Positions 1 through 9,589 of a stretch of 64,000 nt of DNA are shown here, piece after piece. Positions within the stretch are counted from its first letter, which is position 1. Every line of letters begins with the position of its first letter. The stretch lies in IMG/VR virus record IMGVR_UViG_3300020190_000004; one strand, written 5' to 3'. Origin of the DNA: a virus (taxonomy: Duplodnaviria; Caudoviricetes). Below the pieces are notes generated by a model. That model was given only the letters and a program-made list of their open reading frames with translations. It was not told the origin of the DNA and did no database searches. The translations under genes and the position numbers were made by a program.

Positions 1-416
1 TCAGACTTGGCTCTAATAAAAACATTAACTAAATCACCGTCTTTTGGCACAGATGTAAACTTAAAACCTGTTTTAGTCGAGTCTAATACAATTTCTAATC
101 TAAGAGCAGGCAAGAATCCTGTTGAATCTATCTCAAAATCGTAAATGTCACCTGTGTTAAAAACTACCGCGTTAATCATAATAAACGGATATGAAGTGCC
201 TATATCGTTCTGAATTTGATAACCAGATTCAACACCCTTTTGGTCATAAAGATTTTCAGAAGTTCCTTGGAATGCATCTTCAATTATCATATCATCAACC
301 TCTATCGTAGGTTTTAGCAAAGACCTAATTATGCACTCTTCTTGATTAGTGTTTCTAATTTGATTAGGATTCTCCGGCGGTTCAATAAAAAACGGGTTAA
401 CAAAGTTATCTGCCAT
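1..416 (-). CDS. Partial baseplate hub-like structural protein (runs off the window start)
   Basis: Hand-translated open frame from the ATG at 416, which overlaps the upstream stop: MADNFVNPFF...TSYPFIMIN...VPKDGDLVNVFIRAKS. Follows baseplate genes. Confidence 0.5.
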   Translation of the reverse strand, partial: MADNFVNPFFIEPPENPNQIRNTNQEECIIRSLLKPTIEVDDMIIEDAFQGTSENLYDQKGVESGYQIQNDIGTSYPFIMINAVVFNTGDIYDFEIDSTGFLPALRLEIVLDSTKTGFKFTSVPKDGDLVNVFIRAKS

Positions 417-1039
417 TACTTGTTATTATTTAGTCGGTTTTTAACTAGCCTTGCTAAGAATTCACTTTTAGAAATTGGTTCTTCACAAGCTTCTTTGCTC
501 TTTGTAACATTAGGGCCGAAGTAGAGTTTACCGTTTCTTAATTGTATTTCTTTATCCCCAAAGTCAGCGTAGTTAGGAGGTAAAGCATTTTCTTGCGCGG
601 ATTTTTCACCAGGTTTTTTATTTCTTTTTTCAAACTCTTTAAGTTTAGGGTCAAGCTGGGAACCTTTTTCAGGGGAAAGATATTGTTTACGAACATCTTT
701 AATTTTTTCTGCCTGGTTTTCTTCATTTCTAAAGTTTTTGTTTAGACTGATTGGGTCATATATAACAAGAAGATCACCAGTATTGATAGCAAGAGGGTTA
801 CTTATGTCATTAAACTTAAGAATTTTTTCAATCATATCCATGTTACCGTACATTGCTTTGGATATTAAGTCTATTCTCATTGCAGTTTCATCAGTAACTA
901 GGTAGTACTTTATACCCTTTGGCCCGTTTGAAGGGTCAACATTAAGGTCTCTATGAATAAAGTCAATATAAAACTCATTTGTTTTTTTGTCTTTAATTTC
1001 GGGTTTAGTATTCTGTGTTACGTTAAATTCAATCGGCAT
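416..1039 (-). CDS. Baseplate wedge protein, T4 gp53/LysM-like
   Basis: MRIDLISKAMYGNMDMIEKILKFNDISNPLAINTGDLLVI resembles the gp53/LysM pattern. Confidence 0.6.
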   Translation of the reverse strand: MPIEFNVTQNTKPEIKDKKTNEFYIDFIHRDLNVDPSNGPKGIKYYLVTDETAMRIDLISKAMYGNMDMIEKILKFNDISNPLAINTGDLLVIYDPISLNKNFRNEENQAEKIKDVRKQYLSPEKGSQLDPKLKEFEKRNKKPGEKSAQENALPPNYADFGDKEIQLRNGKLYFGPNVTKSKEACEEPISKSEFLARLVKNRLNNNK

Positions 1040-1050
1040 AGTCTACTTAA

Positions 1051-3333
1051 TTATTTTGACATCCATTTTACACCAGCTGCGACAGTTGCGTTATATGTAT
1101 TTTTTAACCTTGGTATTACTGATTGCTTATAGTATCCTATAATGTTGTCAATTTCGCGTGGATCTCCAAGGAGTGGGTTTTTTCCTGAATACCCGCTTCT
1201 TCCACCATTATAGTATCCTTTAGCTCCACCCCTGCCTTTCCCGTTACTGTTTTTCTTAATTCCACTGCTTTCTCCCCAAGGGTTAGGACCAGTTGTTGAA
1301 CCGCCTGTAGAAGAATCAACAGCACTCTGATTAAATGATGAAAAACTATTTTCATATCCTTTAGGAACTGAATAAATTCTACCCGATCCTTTGTTAAACA
1401 TAGATTCTATACCAGCTCTATCTCTGGGCATTCCGTGTTCAAGTGAAATTGTTGCTTTTAACTCAGTAGGAAAATCATCTGGGCCAAGCTCTTCGTTAAA
1501 ACTGATTTCTATACCCGTACAGATAAGATTACCAACCATCATCATCGGGTTAAGAGGATTACCTACAGTTAAGTGCCATTCTCCAACAGGATTACCCGTT
1601 AAGAGGGAGTGCATTCCCTGCATGAATCCTGATCCCGAAGTAGTATTCATTAACATGTGTCCACTCAGCGCTCCTGCTGCGATTGATTTTAGTCCACCAA
1701 TAGGATCATCAAAGAATTTTTGAAACATTTCACCCACATTTTCTATCGCTTTAGCAAATTGTTTACCAAGCGCATTAAAGAATCCGTCAACGTCACCTCT
1801 CATCCAGGCATCTCTACCTTCGCTTCCTCCTAAAAAAGGAGGAATACCACCTTGAGCAGCCGCTGGCATATAGCGGTTCATACCACCCCAGAAAGTTGCT
1901 TCATTATATGTAAGTAACATTAAATTTCCAAGTATGTCAAGTATAGCTGCTTTGGAGTTTATACCTCCAATACTTCTTGCGACATACTCAAACTGTAACT
2001 TAATCTCGTGTTTGAATGTAATACCTCGCTCACGAGCCTTTGTGCTATCAATCACGGTAACAGGACCAAGTATTTTGTTAGCATAAGGGCCGTTGTTGTA
2101 CGGATCAGGCGGTGGCCCACCACCTACAGAAGGTTTGGCTGCATTGGCACCACCCGCTAAGTAACCAAGAACGGTAGCTAAACCCGGAGCGGGACCATTT
2201 GCTGTTCCTGGGGACCCGCTAAAGCTAACTTCCCAAACATCTGCTTTAACTTCTTTCCATTTAAGACCAGCGCTGATAGGCCCAAGTATAGTTGATATTT
2301 TATTTCCAGGGTCCTCGCCTAAAAAAGTTATAGCTGTAGCAGCTGGCGTTATTTTGTCCTTTGGTATCTCTCCTTTTGCTTCAGATACCGATGAAACGTT
2401 GTCAATACAAGGAAATGTATAACGACGCAAAGTAATCATATAGTTAAGAGGGATCTTTTTCCAATACTTTAAGAAAACAAAGTCTTGGTATCGGTATGGA
2501 AATTTTGTATTACCTGGTCTTTCACACCATTCAACAAGTTGTGAAACTGTTAGGTCAGTTGTTAATCCTGAAACAGCACCACTACCTGTAGATCCTGAAT
2601 TAGGATTTTGCACATTTGCTGTTACGTCATAAAAACGCGGCTGATTTTCACGATCTATCAAATACTTATTTCCTAATTTACCAGCAGCAGCCTGCAAATT
2701 AATGTAAGCATTGTAGTTCATTAATGAAGGTACACCCCAATGTTCAGGTGCCAGATCTTTCATTTGCTTTGGAGTCACCTCAGGATTTGATGCACTAACA
2801 GGTCCGGTGTTTCCGGCCGTTGCACTTGGCACAGATACTACGAAACCTTCGGTTAAAGTCGATTGAATATCTTCGGATGTGCAAAAGCTGTAAACAACAG
2901 AACCGTCATCAGCTACATTAAAAATTAAGCGAGGGTCAAAAGGTAAAGTAGTATTTGGGCCTCCTGTTAAACCTGGAGCACTTCCGTCGTTTGTACTGGG
3001 TTCTGTGCCCTCTTCACCCGCCGCAGGCTGTGGCGGATAAACTGTTCCTGTCCCATATACAGCTTCAAGTTTGCTATAAGCGTCATCAAAAGTAAGTCCA
3101 TAATTCAAAACCCACCCTGCTTGCCCGGTTGCTCCATTTGGCTGGGTTTCAACCAGTGGACCGTCTGGACCCAACTTCATAGTGTATACGTCGGGACCGA
3201 CAGACTTAACAGCAACTTTATACGGTGGGTCTTTTGGCCCGCTATACGGTGGTGAGCCTCCGGAAAGTCCAGAGTCTCTCTGAGTCCCATTTGCTTTCCC
3301 CGTAGGCCCTTTCGATTTTTTTCCGTTACCCAT
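1051..3333 (-). CDS. Baseplate/tail-tube-initiator-like structural protein
   Basis: Gly/Pro-rich 760 aa; C-terminal WHLTVGNPLNPMMMVGNLICTGIEISF...PTELKATISL tube-like segment; next to gp53-like gene; late promoter at 3353-3360. Confidence 0.5.
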   Translation of the reverse strand: MGNGKKSKGPTGKANGTQRDSGLSGGSPPYSGPKDPPYKVAVKSVGPDVYTMKLGPDGPLVETQPNGATGQAGWVLNYGLTFDDAYSKLEAVYGTGTVYPPQPAAGEEGTEPSTNDGSAPGLTGGPNTTLPFDPRLIFNVADDGSVVYSFCTSEDIQSTLTEGFVVSVPSATAGNTGPVSASNPEVTPKQMKDLAPEHWGVPSLMNYNAYINLQAAAGKLGNKYLIDRENQPRFYDVTANVQNPNSGSTGSGAVSGLTTDLTVSQLVEWCERPGNTKFPYRYQDFVFLKYWKKIPLNYMITLRRYTFPCIDNVSSVSEAKGEIPKDKITPAATAITFLGEDPGNKISTILGPISAGLKWKEVKADVWEVSFSGSPGTANGPAPGLATVLGYLAGGANAAKPSVGGGPPPDPYNNGPYANKILGPVTVIDSTKARERGITFKHEIKLQFEYVARSIGGINSKAAILDILGNLMLLTYNEATFWGGMNRYMPAAAQGGIPPFLGGSEGRDAWMRGDVDGFFNALGKQFAKAIENVGEMFQKFFDDPIGGLKSIAAGALSGHMLMNTTSGSGFMQGMHSLLTGNPVGEWHLTVGNPLNPMMMVGNLICTGIEISFNEELGPDDFPTELKATISLEHGMPRDRAGIESMFNKGSGRIYSVPKGYENSFSSFNQSAVDSSTGGSTTGPNPWGESSGIKKNSNGKGRGGAKGYYNGGRSGYSGKNPLLGDPREIDNIIGYYKQSVIPRLKNTYNATVAAGVKWMSK

Positions 3334-3352
3334 TTATTACACTTATTTTAGG

Positions 3353-3360
3353 TATATATC
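3353..3360 (-). promoter_or_regulatory. Putative late promoter GATATATA (representative copy)
   Basis: Same octamer upstream of many structural and cargo genes (8654, 10804, 14460, 40813, 44799, 48104, 48731, 50180, 62229). Confidence 0.6.
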
Positions 3361-3414
3361 ACCTTCATATACAATTCTTAACCATGAATATATAGTCTAA
3401 AATACAGACAAACT

Positions 3415-3636
3415 ATGAATAGAAGAGTATTAAATTTTTCCGACTTTTTGGTAGAAGCTGATGAATTGGAAAAAGATCTTGTTAAGAAGAATCTTCGTGC
3501 TGAAGCTGGCGGTGAACAAGAAGAAGAAAAAGAAGAAGAAATCGACGCAGCAGAAGTTAGCGATGACGACGATGACGACGATGACGACGTCGCATCCGAT
3601 GATTCCGTTGCTTCAGACGGTGGAGCAGATATCTAA
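3415..3636 (+). CDS. Small acidic protein with capsid-targeting-like N-terminus
   Basis: MNRRVLNFSDFLVE; poly-E/D; AATATATA upstream. Confidence 0.6.
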   Translation: MNRRVLNFSDFLVEADELEKDLVKKNLRAEAGGEQEEEKEEEIDAAEVSDDDDDDDDDVASDDSVASDGGADI

Positions 3637-3651
3637 AAAAATTCTAACATA

Positions 3652-3993
3652 ATGAAGCACATACACACATTTGAAAACTTCTTAAATGAAGCCCTGGCTT
3701 TTGATACATCTAAACTAAAGAATATCAACTTTATCCTTCCTCCTTTTGATAAGCCGTACCAAGATGAATTCCAGATCTCCTTTGATAAAGGTGTAGATAA
3801 AGATGCAATTGAAAAAGCAATTAAAAGTGAAAAGGGCGCAGCCCGTGTAAAGTACGAGTGGACTACAGACCCGCACGGCTCGGAAGTTCTACTGCTTAAA
3901 CCTGGAAAAGATAACTCAGGTCTAACTTTCGTTTTCAGCGCAGTCGATGATTTCTATGGTTCACACGGTGCAAGCATGGGATGGGCACTATAA
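3652..3993 (+). CDS. Putative internal head protein
   Basis: N-terminus MKHIHTFENFLNE. Confidence 0.6.
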   Translation: MKHIHTFENFLNEALAFDTSKLKNINFILPPFDKPYQDEFQISFDKGVDKDAIEKAIKSEKGAARVKYEWTTDPHGSEVLLLKPGKDNSGLTFVFSAVDDFYGSHGASMGWAL

Positions 3994-4007
3994 AAAAACA
4001 TAATAAG

Positions 4008-4319
4008 ATGAAACACCTAAAAACCTTTGAAAACTTCCTCAATGAGGCAAACGGCCTTGCATACTGGTCTGACTACGCGGAAGACACTTCTGGACAAGCA
4101 GAAGCCTGGATGAGCGAGCCTTGCACAGATATGTCACACGTTATTAAGTGTGTTGACGATTCTATTGCTGCATGGAACAAAGCAGCAGAAGCAGACGGCG
4201 GGGACCGTGTGTCTAAACCATCAGAAAAACATATCGGTGATTTGGCAATCCGTTATTGGAAACAGTTTAAGACTATTAACGGAAACATCATCACTGCAAT
4301 GATTGCGCAAGAGTCTTGA
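4008..4319 (+). CDS. Putative internal head protein
   Basis: Start re-assigned to the ATG at 4008, MKHLKTFENFLNE. Confidence 0.6.
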   Translation: MKHLKTFENFLNEANGLAYWSDYAEDTSGQAEAWMSEPCTDMSHVIKCVDDSIAAWNKAAEADGGDRVSKPSEKHIGDLAIRYWKQFKTINGNIITAMIAQES

Positions 4320-4344
4320 AGTAGGTACTAAAAAAAGAATTAAT

Positions 4345-4644
4345 ATGAAAAACATTAAAACGTTTGAAGACTTTCTTGGTGATTCTACCAAAACCAATGA
4401 AGAAGCAGAAGGCAAAATGTATAAAGTATCTCTTGATACAATCATAAAGAGCGCTGAAGAAATCAAATCCCTTGTTACCGACGACCAAGATCTTGAGGCC
4501 TGGGTGCAAGACAAGATAACTATCGCTGAACACAACATGGAAGCTATTCTTGGTTATATGAAAGGCGAAGGCGGCAAGAAGAAAATTGAAGTACCAGTTC
4601 AAGGAGATATGAAAACTGGCGGAATGTTAAAGGACGAAAACTAA
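4345..4644 (+). CDS. Putative internal head protein
   Basis: Start re-assigned to 4345, MKNIKTFEDFLGD; AWVQDKITIAEH segment. Confidence 0.6.
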   Translation: MKNIKTFEDFLGDSTKTNEEAEGKMYKVSLDTIIKSAEEIKSLVTDDQDLEAWVQDKITIAEHNMEAILGYMKGEGGKKKIEVPVQGDMKTGGMLKDEN

Positions 4645-5708
4645 TGCACGTTTTACCGTTCGATAAGTTCAGCAAAGAAAAAGGCGTCTTTAAGATAGCT
4701 TTTCTTGGAGACATAATGTGTGAAGACTCCGCACTTATGTCAGTTGTCAATGATGAACCATTCCAATTCATAAAGCCGTTTCTGTATTCCACTGATTATG
4801 TTGTAGGAAATCTTGAAACAACTTTTAGTGGAGAAACGAGCAGTTATCCTAAATTTTCAACGAATGATCTGTTAGCGGATGACCTAAGTAGTTTTGTGAA
4901 TCTTGTGTTTACTGCGAACAACCACTGCTATGATTTTGGAACAAAAGGAGTTGAAAGGACTATTGAAATACTGGATGAATTTGGTATAAATTACGTAGGA
5001 ACTAATCCTTTACCAAAAATTCGCAGAACATTCGATGCTGACTTAAAAGGTCATAAATTATCTTTTCTAAACTATACACAATTTATTAATGAAACGAAGA
5101 AAGACCCAATTTACAAAGGAATTAATACCCCAGAAACACCAACAAACCTCATCAATTTTTACTCTAAAACCCAAGCTCAGGAAACGATTAATCTGGCGAA
5201 GGAGAGATCTGAACTTGTCTTTGTTGGAGTCCATCAATCATCTAGAAAAAGTAATGCAAGAGAACTCGAACGAACAAGCACCAGCGAGCAACGAGAGTTC
5301 TTGGCTTCCGTAAGTAATTTTGGCGCTGACGTAGTTATTGGTGGACATCCGCATTACTTTCAAGGTGCAGAAATTCTTGAAGAGGGAAAGATCATTGTCT
5401 ATTCACTTGGAAATTTCTTTTCTACCATGTGGAACCCTCCTCATTATACTACTAACTGCGGGTGCATTATGATAATGTCTTGTGATGGGTTTTCAAATAT
5501 AAGATATACCTTCTTACCGATAGCAACCGTTAAGAACGAAAGTAATAACCACTACTATGTTATTCCTATCGCTACGCTTGAAGGTGGTAACTATGATTGG
5601 GTTTCTGTTAAACAGCGAGATGAACTTCTTGAAGAACTGGAAAGAATTCGTAAAACTTTAAGAGATTGTTCTCTTATCGAGGAAGAGCTTCCGATCCACT
5701 TTTTCTAA
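4644..5708 (+). CDS. capA: CapA/PGA_cap-family metallophosphatase
   Basis: FLGDIM, GNLET, ANNHCYDFG, GGHPH, YSLGNF motifs. Confidence 0.85.
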   Translation: MHVLPFDKFSKEKGVFKIAFLGDIMCEDSALMSVVNDEPFQFIKPFLYSTDYVVGNLETTFSGETSSYPKFSTNDLLADDLSSFVNLVFTANNHCYDFGTKGVERTIEILDEFGINYVGTNPLPKIRRTFDADLKGHKLSFLNYTQFINETKKDPIYKGINTPETPTNLINFYSKTQAQETINLAKERSELVFVGVHQSSRKSNARELERTSTSEQREFLASVSNFGADVVIGGHPHYFQGAEILEEGKIIVYSLGNFFSTMWNPPHYTTNCGCIMIMSCDGFSNIRYTFLPIATVKNESNNHYYVIPIATLEGGNYDWVSVKQRDELLEELERIRKTLRDCSLIEEELPIHFF

Positions 5709-6131
5709 AGAATCCAACCAAACTACTGGCACAGGTTCGCAATTAATCATGTGAACCTTTTTTATTGTCGGGTAAAACAAAACTTCTTCGAAGAGTTCAT
5801 AGTACTCTTCTTTTAACCACTTATCGGTTAAAAATATAATACTTTCTATTCCACGAATGTCTTGGGAAAAATGTATTACCTCCCGTATGATTTCATCATT
5901 AAACTCGGGATTGCTGTAGACAACGCCCAATAACTTTTTACTGTTGGCACCTTCTACAATCATTTTGCGAATCTCTTCATTAACTATGAATCCTGAACAT
6001 ACATCTAAAGATTCTTTATCAAATCCCATCTGTTCTATTACCTCATCACTGTTAACTATAAGATACTTTCTAAGATTTAAGAAACACTTCTTAATCTTGT
6101 TTCTATCATCAAAGGTAAGATACAAATTCAC
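5658..6131 (-). CDS. Hypothetical protein
   Basis: 157-aa ORF in the minus-strand gene run. Confidence 0.55.
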   Translation of the reverse strand: MNLYLTFDDRNKIKKCFLNLRKYLIVNSDEVIEQMGFDKESLDVCSGFIVNEEIRKMIVEGANSKKLLGVVYSNPEFNDEIIREVIHFSQDIRGIESIIFLTDKWLKEEYYELFEEVLFYPTIKKVHMINCEPVPVVWLDSLEKVDRKLFLDKRTIS

Positions 6132-6133
6132 TT

Positions 6134-6481
6134 CTATTGTGTGTTATTTTTAAGGCGTGATCTTTCTTCTTGCCTTAGTCTTCTTTCAGCAAGCTTAAGA
6201 GCGCGTTTTTCAGCAAATTCACGGTTTTTCTTGACATGCAATTCAGCTTCTTCAAAAGATTTACCCTCTTTCATTAAACGCTGTATGATCTCTGCATCAC
6301 GATCAGCTTCTGCTTGGATTCTAGAATTTTCAACTTCTTGAAGATTTCTTAAGTGAATCTGGTTTCCGGCTTCACGCTTCTTTTTGCGAATCTCAGATTT
6401 TTCAGCTTCACTTTTGCTCTGATATTCTTTAAGGAGACCTAAGTTTTTCTCCATTTCACGACGTTGTTTATGATTATACAT
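6134..6481 (-). CDS. Hypothetical charged coiled-coil protein
   Basis: 115-aa K/E/R-rich ORF. Confidence 0.6.
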   Translation of the reverse strand: MYNHKQRREMEKNLGLLKEYQSKSEAEKSEIRKKKREAGNQIHLRNLQEVENSRIQAEADRDAEIIQRLMKEGKSFEEAELHVKKNREFAEKRALKLAERRLRQEERSRLKNNTQ

Positions 6482-7013
6482 AATTCATTGATTTTGCGTA
6501 CATATAATTGAACAATCTCAAGAATGCACTAAGGACCAATCCTTCATCTGAGATTAAGCCGTCACCGACTCTAACAAGATTAAATTCTGACAATCTCTCC
6601 TTTTTTGATCCGTCTTTCTGTGGTTTATTAATGTCTTTACCAGACACATCTACTGCAAAGATTGGTATTACCTTATCGCTATCTTTAGATGGGTAGATTG
6701 TGCCTAAAAAGATCCATTTTTCCGCATCATCAATCATATCAATACCGCTTTCTTCTAGGAGTTCTCTCTTGGCGGTAAATAGCAAACTATCATCTTCGTA
6801 CTCAACGGTGCCTGTAATAAGCGTATCACAATGATTCCCTTCACGAAATTGATTATACTCATGAAGCAAACCAATGTTTTCTATCATGCCGTTTGCTTCT
6901 ACGGTAAAAGGTAAAACTGCGACTGACATATGTTTAGATCTTATACCAACATGCCCGTCAATGTCTACTACGTCGAACCACTTGTCTTCGTGTAATACTT
7001 TAGGTTGTTTCAT
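6474..7013 (-). CDS. NUDIX hydrolase
   Basis: Nudix-like box GTVEYEDDSLLFTAKRELLEESG; start re-assigned to MKQPKVLHED. Confidence 0.75.
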   Translation of the reverse strand: MKQPKVLHEDKWFDVVDIDGHVGIRSKHMSVAVLPFTVEANGMIENIGLLHEYNQFREGNHCDTLITGTVEYEDDSLLFTAKRELLEESGIDMIDDAEKWIFLGTIYPSKDSDKVIPIFAVDVSGKDINKPQKDGSKKERLSEFNLVRVGDGLISDEGLVLSAFLRLFNYMYAKSMNYV

Positions 7014-7557
7014 TTTTATTAGATTTTTGTTTCTTTTTAATATCTGACCAAATTTGTTTTGCTGCTTCCATGCGCATAACACTTATAGTACTTGCTAAGA
7101 ACTCTAATACATGTTCTTCACCTTCTTCGTAAGAATCTGCTAAAACTTTCATCAACTCACTTGACGGAATGTCAAGTTCAAGATCTAGTTTAATTTTGGT
7201 ATTAACTTTTTTGCTGTCCAGCAAAAGACGTGATATTGGGTTTTCTGGCGCGCGATTATTTGGTTCAAAAGGTTTATCTGCTGAGGCGTTAACCCTTTGC
7301 AATGGCGGATTATGTTGCTGAGGTAAAGGTTGAAAAGTAGGCTGTGGTTTCATCATTTCAATGTCTACAAAACCGTCATGTTCACCCGCTACTTCAATAA
7401 AGTAATCACCTAGTAGCTCTTCATTAGCACGAGATCCGTCTTCAAAGATTAAAAAGTTTAGGTATCCGTCGTTATGGATTTCTCCATTCCATCTAACGAA
7501 TTCTCCGGCTTTTTCTCCTTTAAGCCATTGAAATGTTTTTTGTGTAGTCTCTGTCAT
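7000..7557 (-). CDS. Hypothetical protein
   Basis: Start MTETTQKTFQW chosen to avoid overlap with the upstream ORF. Confidence 0.55.
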   Translation of the reverse strand: MTETTQKTFQWLKGEKAGEFVRWNGEIHNDGYLNFLIFEDGSRANEELLGDYFIEVAGEHDGFVDIEMMKPQPTFQPLPQQHNPPLQRVNASADKPFEPNNRAPENPISRLLLDSKKVNTKIKLDLELDIPSSELMKVLADSYEEGEEHVLEFLASTISVMRMEAAKQIWSDIKKKQKSNKNETT

Positions 7558-7585
7558 TTTATTTGTTTTAGTATATATTTCATCA

Positions 7586-7915
7586 CTAAAATTCGATGAA
7601 ATGTTTGTATTCTTCATGGTATTCTTGCATCCAGAGCTCTGGAAGTCCTTGGTGGATCCATCCGATATATTCATTCCTAAAGCCTTGAAGAAATTTTTGA
7701 ATATGCCCTTCATAATCATTGTCCGCTAAGTGAAGTATGTCTATTGTTGATATCTTAAATGTATGATAAGTTCCTTGCACTCGCCAGTACATGTAAAGTA
7801 TACGGTTTATGTGTTCATACCCATACTCTATGACAAGCGGTGATGTCCATTTAGGAACTTCAATGTCAAAAGTCCCTGTACCAGCTAATGTACTGAAATC
7901 TTTATGAAACGGCAT
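7586..7915 (-). CDS. Hypothetical protein
   Basis: 109-aa ORF, tightly packed with neighbours. Confidence 0.5.
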   Translation of the reverse strand: MPFHKDFSTLAGTGTFDIEVPKWTSPLVIEYGYEHINRILYMYWRVQGTYHTFKISTIDILHLADNDYEGHIQKFLQGFRNEYIGWIHQGLPELWMQEYHEEYKHFIEF

Positions 7916-7916
7916 G

Positions 7917-8237
7917 TTAGTTGCTTCCTTCCTTGTTAGCGATTTCTGTTTCCATTGCAGCTACAAGCAATTCAAAAATATCTGCTCGTGATTGATTATG
8001 CAAGTTGCCGATTGCTTCAAGATCTTGACGCATCATACGAGTATTAAGAACAGCTTTGTCACCGTCCATTAATTGTATAATGATGTTATCCCAATCTTCA
8101 TACTTGATATTTTTTTGTGCTTCAAGCATAAGTTTAAGATTTTCCTTTGCTTGTTCTAATTCTTTTTCGTTGTTTTGTTCCATTGTGATATCCTTTGATA
8201 TATTTATATTCACATGTTTGTAAAGAGTTTTCTGCAT
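7917..8237 (-). CDS. Hypothetical protein
   Basis: 106-aa ORF; true start may be the internal MEQNNEK. Confidence 0.5.
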   Translation of the reverse strand: MQKTLYKHVNINISKDITMEQNNEKELEQAKENLKLMLEAQKNIKYEDWDNIIIQLMDGDKAVLNTRMMRQDLEAIGNLHNQSRADIFELLVAAMETEIANKEGSN

Positions 8238-8273
8238 AAAGAAACCCGGACGATAGCGAAATCTCCGGGTCTC
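8238..8273 (-). terminator. Rho-independent terminator-like hairpin
   Basis: GAGACCCGGA...TCCGGGTTTC followed by TTT. Confidence 0.55.
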
Positions 8274-8303
8274 AAGTTTGTCGTAACAAACTCCGGTCCT
8301 ACT

Positions 8304-8633
8304 TTATATACTAGATTCAAAAACGATAGAATGTTGATAACTAGGTTTATCTGATGCTACATTGATTGTAACATTCCCTTTATGTTTAAGGATTATTTTA
8401 AGATAATCTACGACTTGCTTAGGTTTTCTAGGAAATCCATTGGCTCCTCTTAATCCAGCACCATACAACCAACTTGGAAGATTGTCTGCCGATATGTTAG
8501 GATCCTTAATGAATTCTTGAATATCTTTATCGGTGTATGTATGTTGTTTATTACCGTAAGTGATAACGGTAATTTTCTTTCCTTCATTTAAATTCTCATT
8601 TAAGAATTCTTCGAAAAGTTTAATGTATGCCAT
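8304..8633 (-). CDS. Putative internal head protein
   Basis: MAYIKLFEEFLNE; GATATATA at 8654-8661. Confidence 0.6.
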   Translation of the reverse strand: MAYIKLFEEFLNENLNEGKKITVITYGNKQHTYTDKDIQEFIKDPNISADNLPSWLYGAGLRGANGFPRKPKQVVDYLKIILKHKGNVTINVASDKPSYQHSIVFESSI

Positions 8634-8661
8634 CTTTAAAGAGTTATTTTGACTATATATC

Positions 8662-9281
8662 TTATTTGAACTTGTGTATCAATCCCATTGTTCCCGAAAT
8701 ATAAGCAGCCGTGTCTAAGATCAACTCTTGTTGATCTTTTGTAAAAACTCTTGCTTCTTTTACAAATTCGACGCCCAGCGAGCCGTGAAGTTTGCCGCTA
8801 GGAGTTTTGAGAGATGCTATGAATACGGATCTACATCCTGTGCCTTCTGCCGTGTCTCTTAACCCAAATGTTGGGCGTATTTCGTCTGCCATGTTGTCAA
8901 TGCAAAGATAATCATTATCGTGAATCTCTTTGAGACTTCTGCTAAAGAAGCTTGTCGGTATGTTTTGAAACTTTTCCCTAATGGTAGAAACTCCTATTGA
9001 TACGGTTTCATAAAATATGCTAAACTTTTTGATAGAAACCCCAGAAGTGTAATAGTGTCCCCCGTTATGAAATTGCGCGATCCACACTCTATCACAATCA
9101 ATCTCTTTGATAAGATATTCTAACTGTTCGTTTATCAGTATGTCAATTCCATCTCACGATACATAGTATCTTCATTTTCGCTACGGCCTTTCATCTTTGC
9201 CTTAATATACTCAACCAATGCTGGACCTACGATCGCGGTTATCACAGCCACGATTATAGTAACTATCAATGTAATTTCCAT
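8662..9281 (-). pseudogene. Frameshifted membrane-anchored GAF-like (holin-like) protein
   Basis: TM ORF 9281-9135 and ORF ending at 8662 join into ...REMELDILINEQLEYL...WIAQFHNGG if one G is restored near 9144. Confidence 0.55.
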
Positions 9282-9379
9282 ATCTTTTTTACCGGCCTTG
9301 GCCTTTGTACTTTTTAACGTAATTCTTCGAATTCTTGTTGTTTGTAGTCTTTGACTTAGCGTGTCTTCCACAAAGTTTT

Positions 9380-9574
9380 TTAGTCTTCTAATTTAGCGAG
9401 TCCTTTTTCTACCGCCAATTCAGCATTAGCTTTTGAAAGAATAAGCGCCATCTTGTGACCGTCCTTAGTTACACCTTTTGCGATATAACCGCCTTTAGAA
9501 GTTCGAGAAATTACAGCTTCGTGCATTTCTTCCTTTTGTTTTGTCTTTAGACAATACGCGATGATTTGATCCAT
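9380..9574 (-). CDS. Small DUF5679-like protein
   Basis: AYCLKTKQKEEMHEA...KGGYIAKG...GHKMALI. Confidence 0.5.
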   Translation of the reverse strand: MDQIIAYCLKTKQKEEMHEAVISRTSKGGYIAKGVTKDGHKMALILSKANAELAVEKGLAKLED

Positions 9575-9589
9575 GTTATTGGTTTTTTG

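Noticed and set aside
9135-9150. Programmed -1 ribosomal frameshift in the holin-like gene
   Set aside because: No slippery heptamer or obvious downstream stimulator; kept only as an unexplained frameshift.
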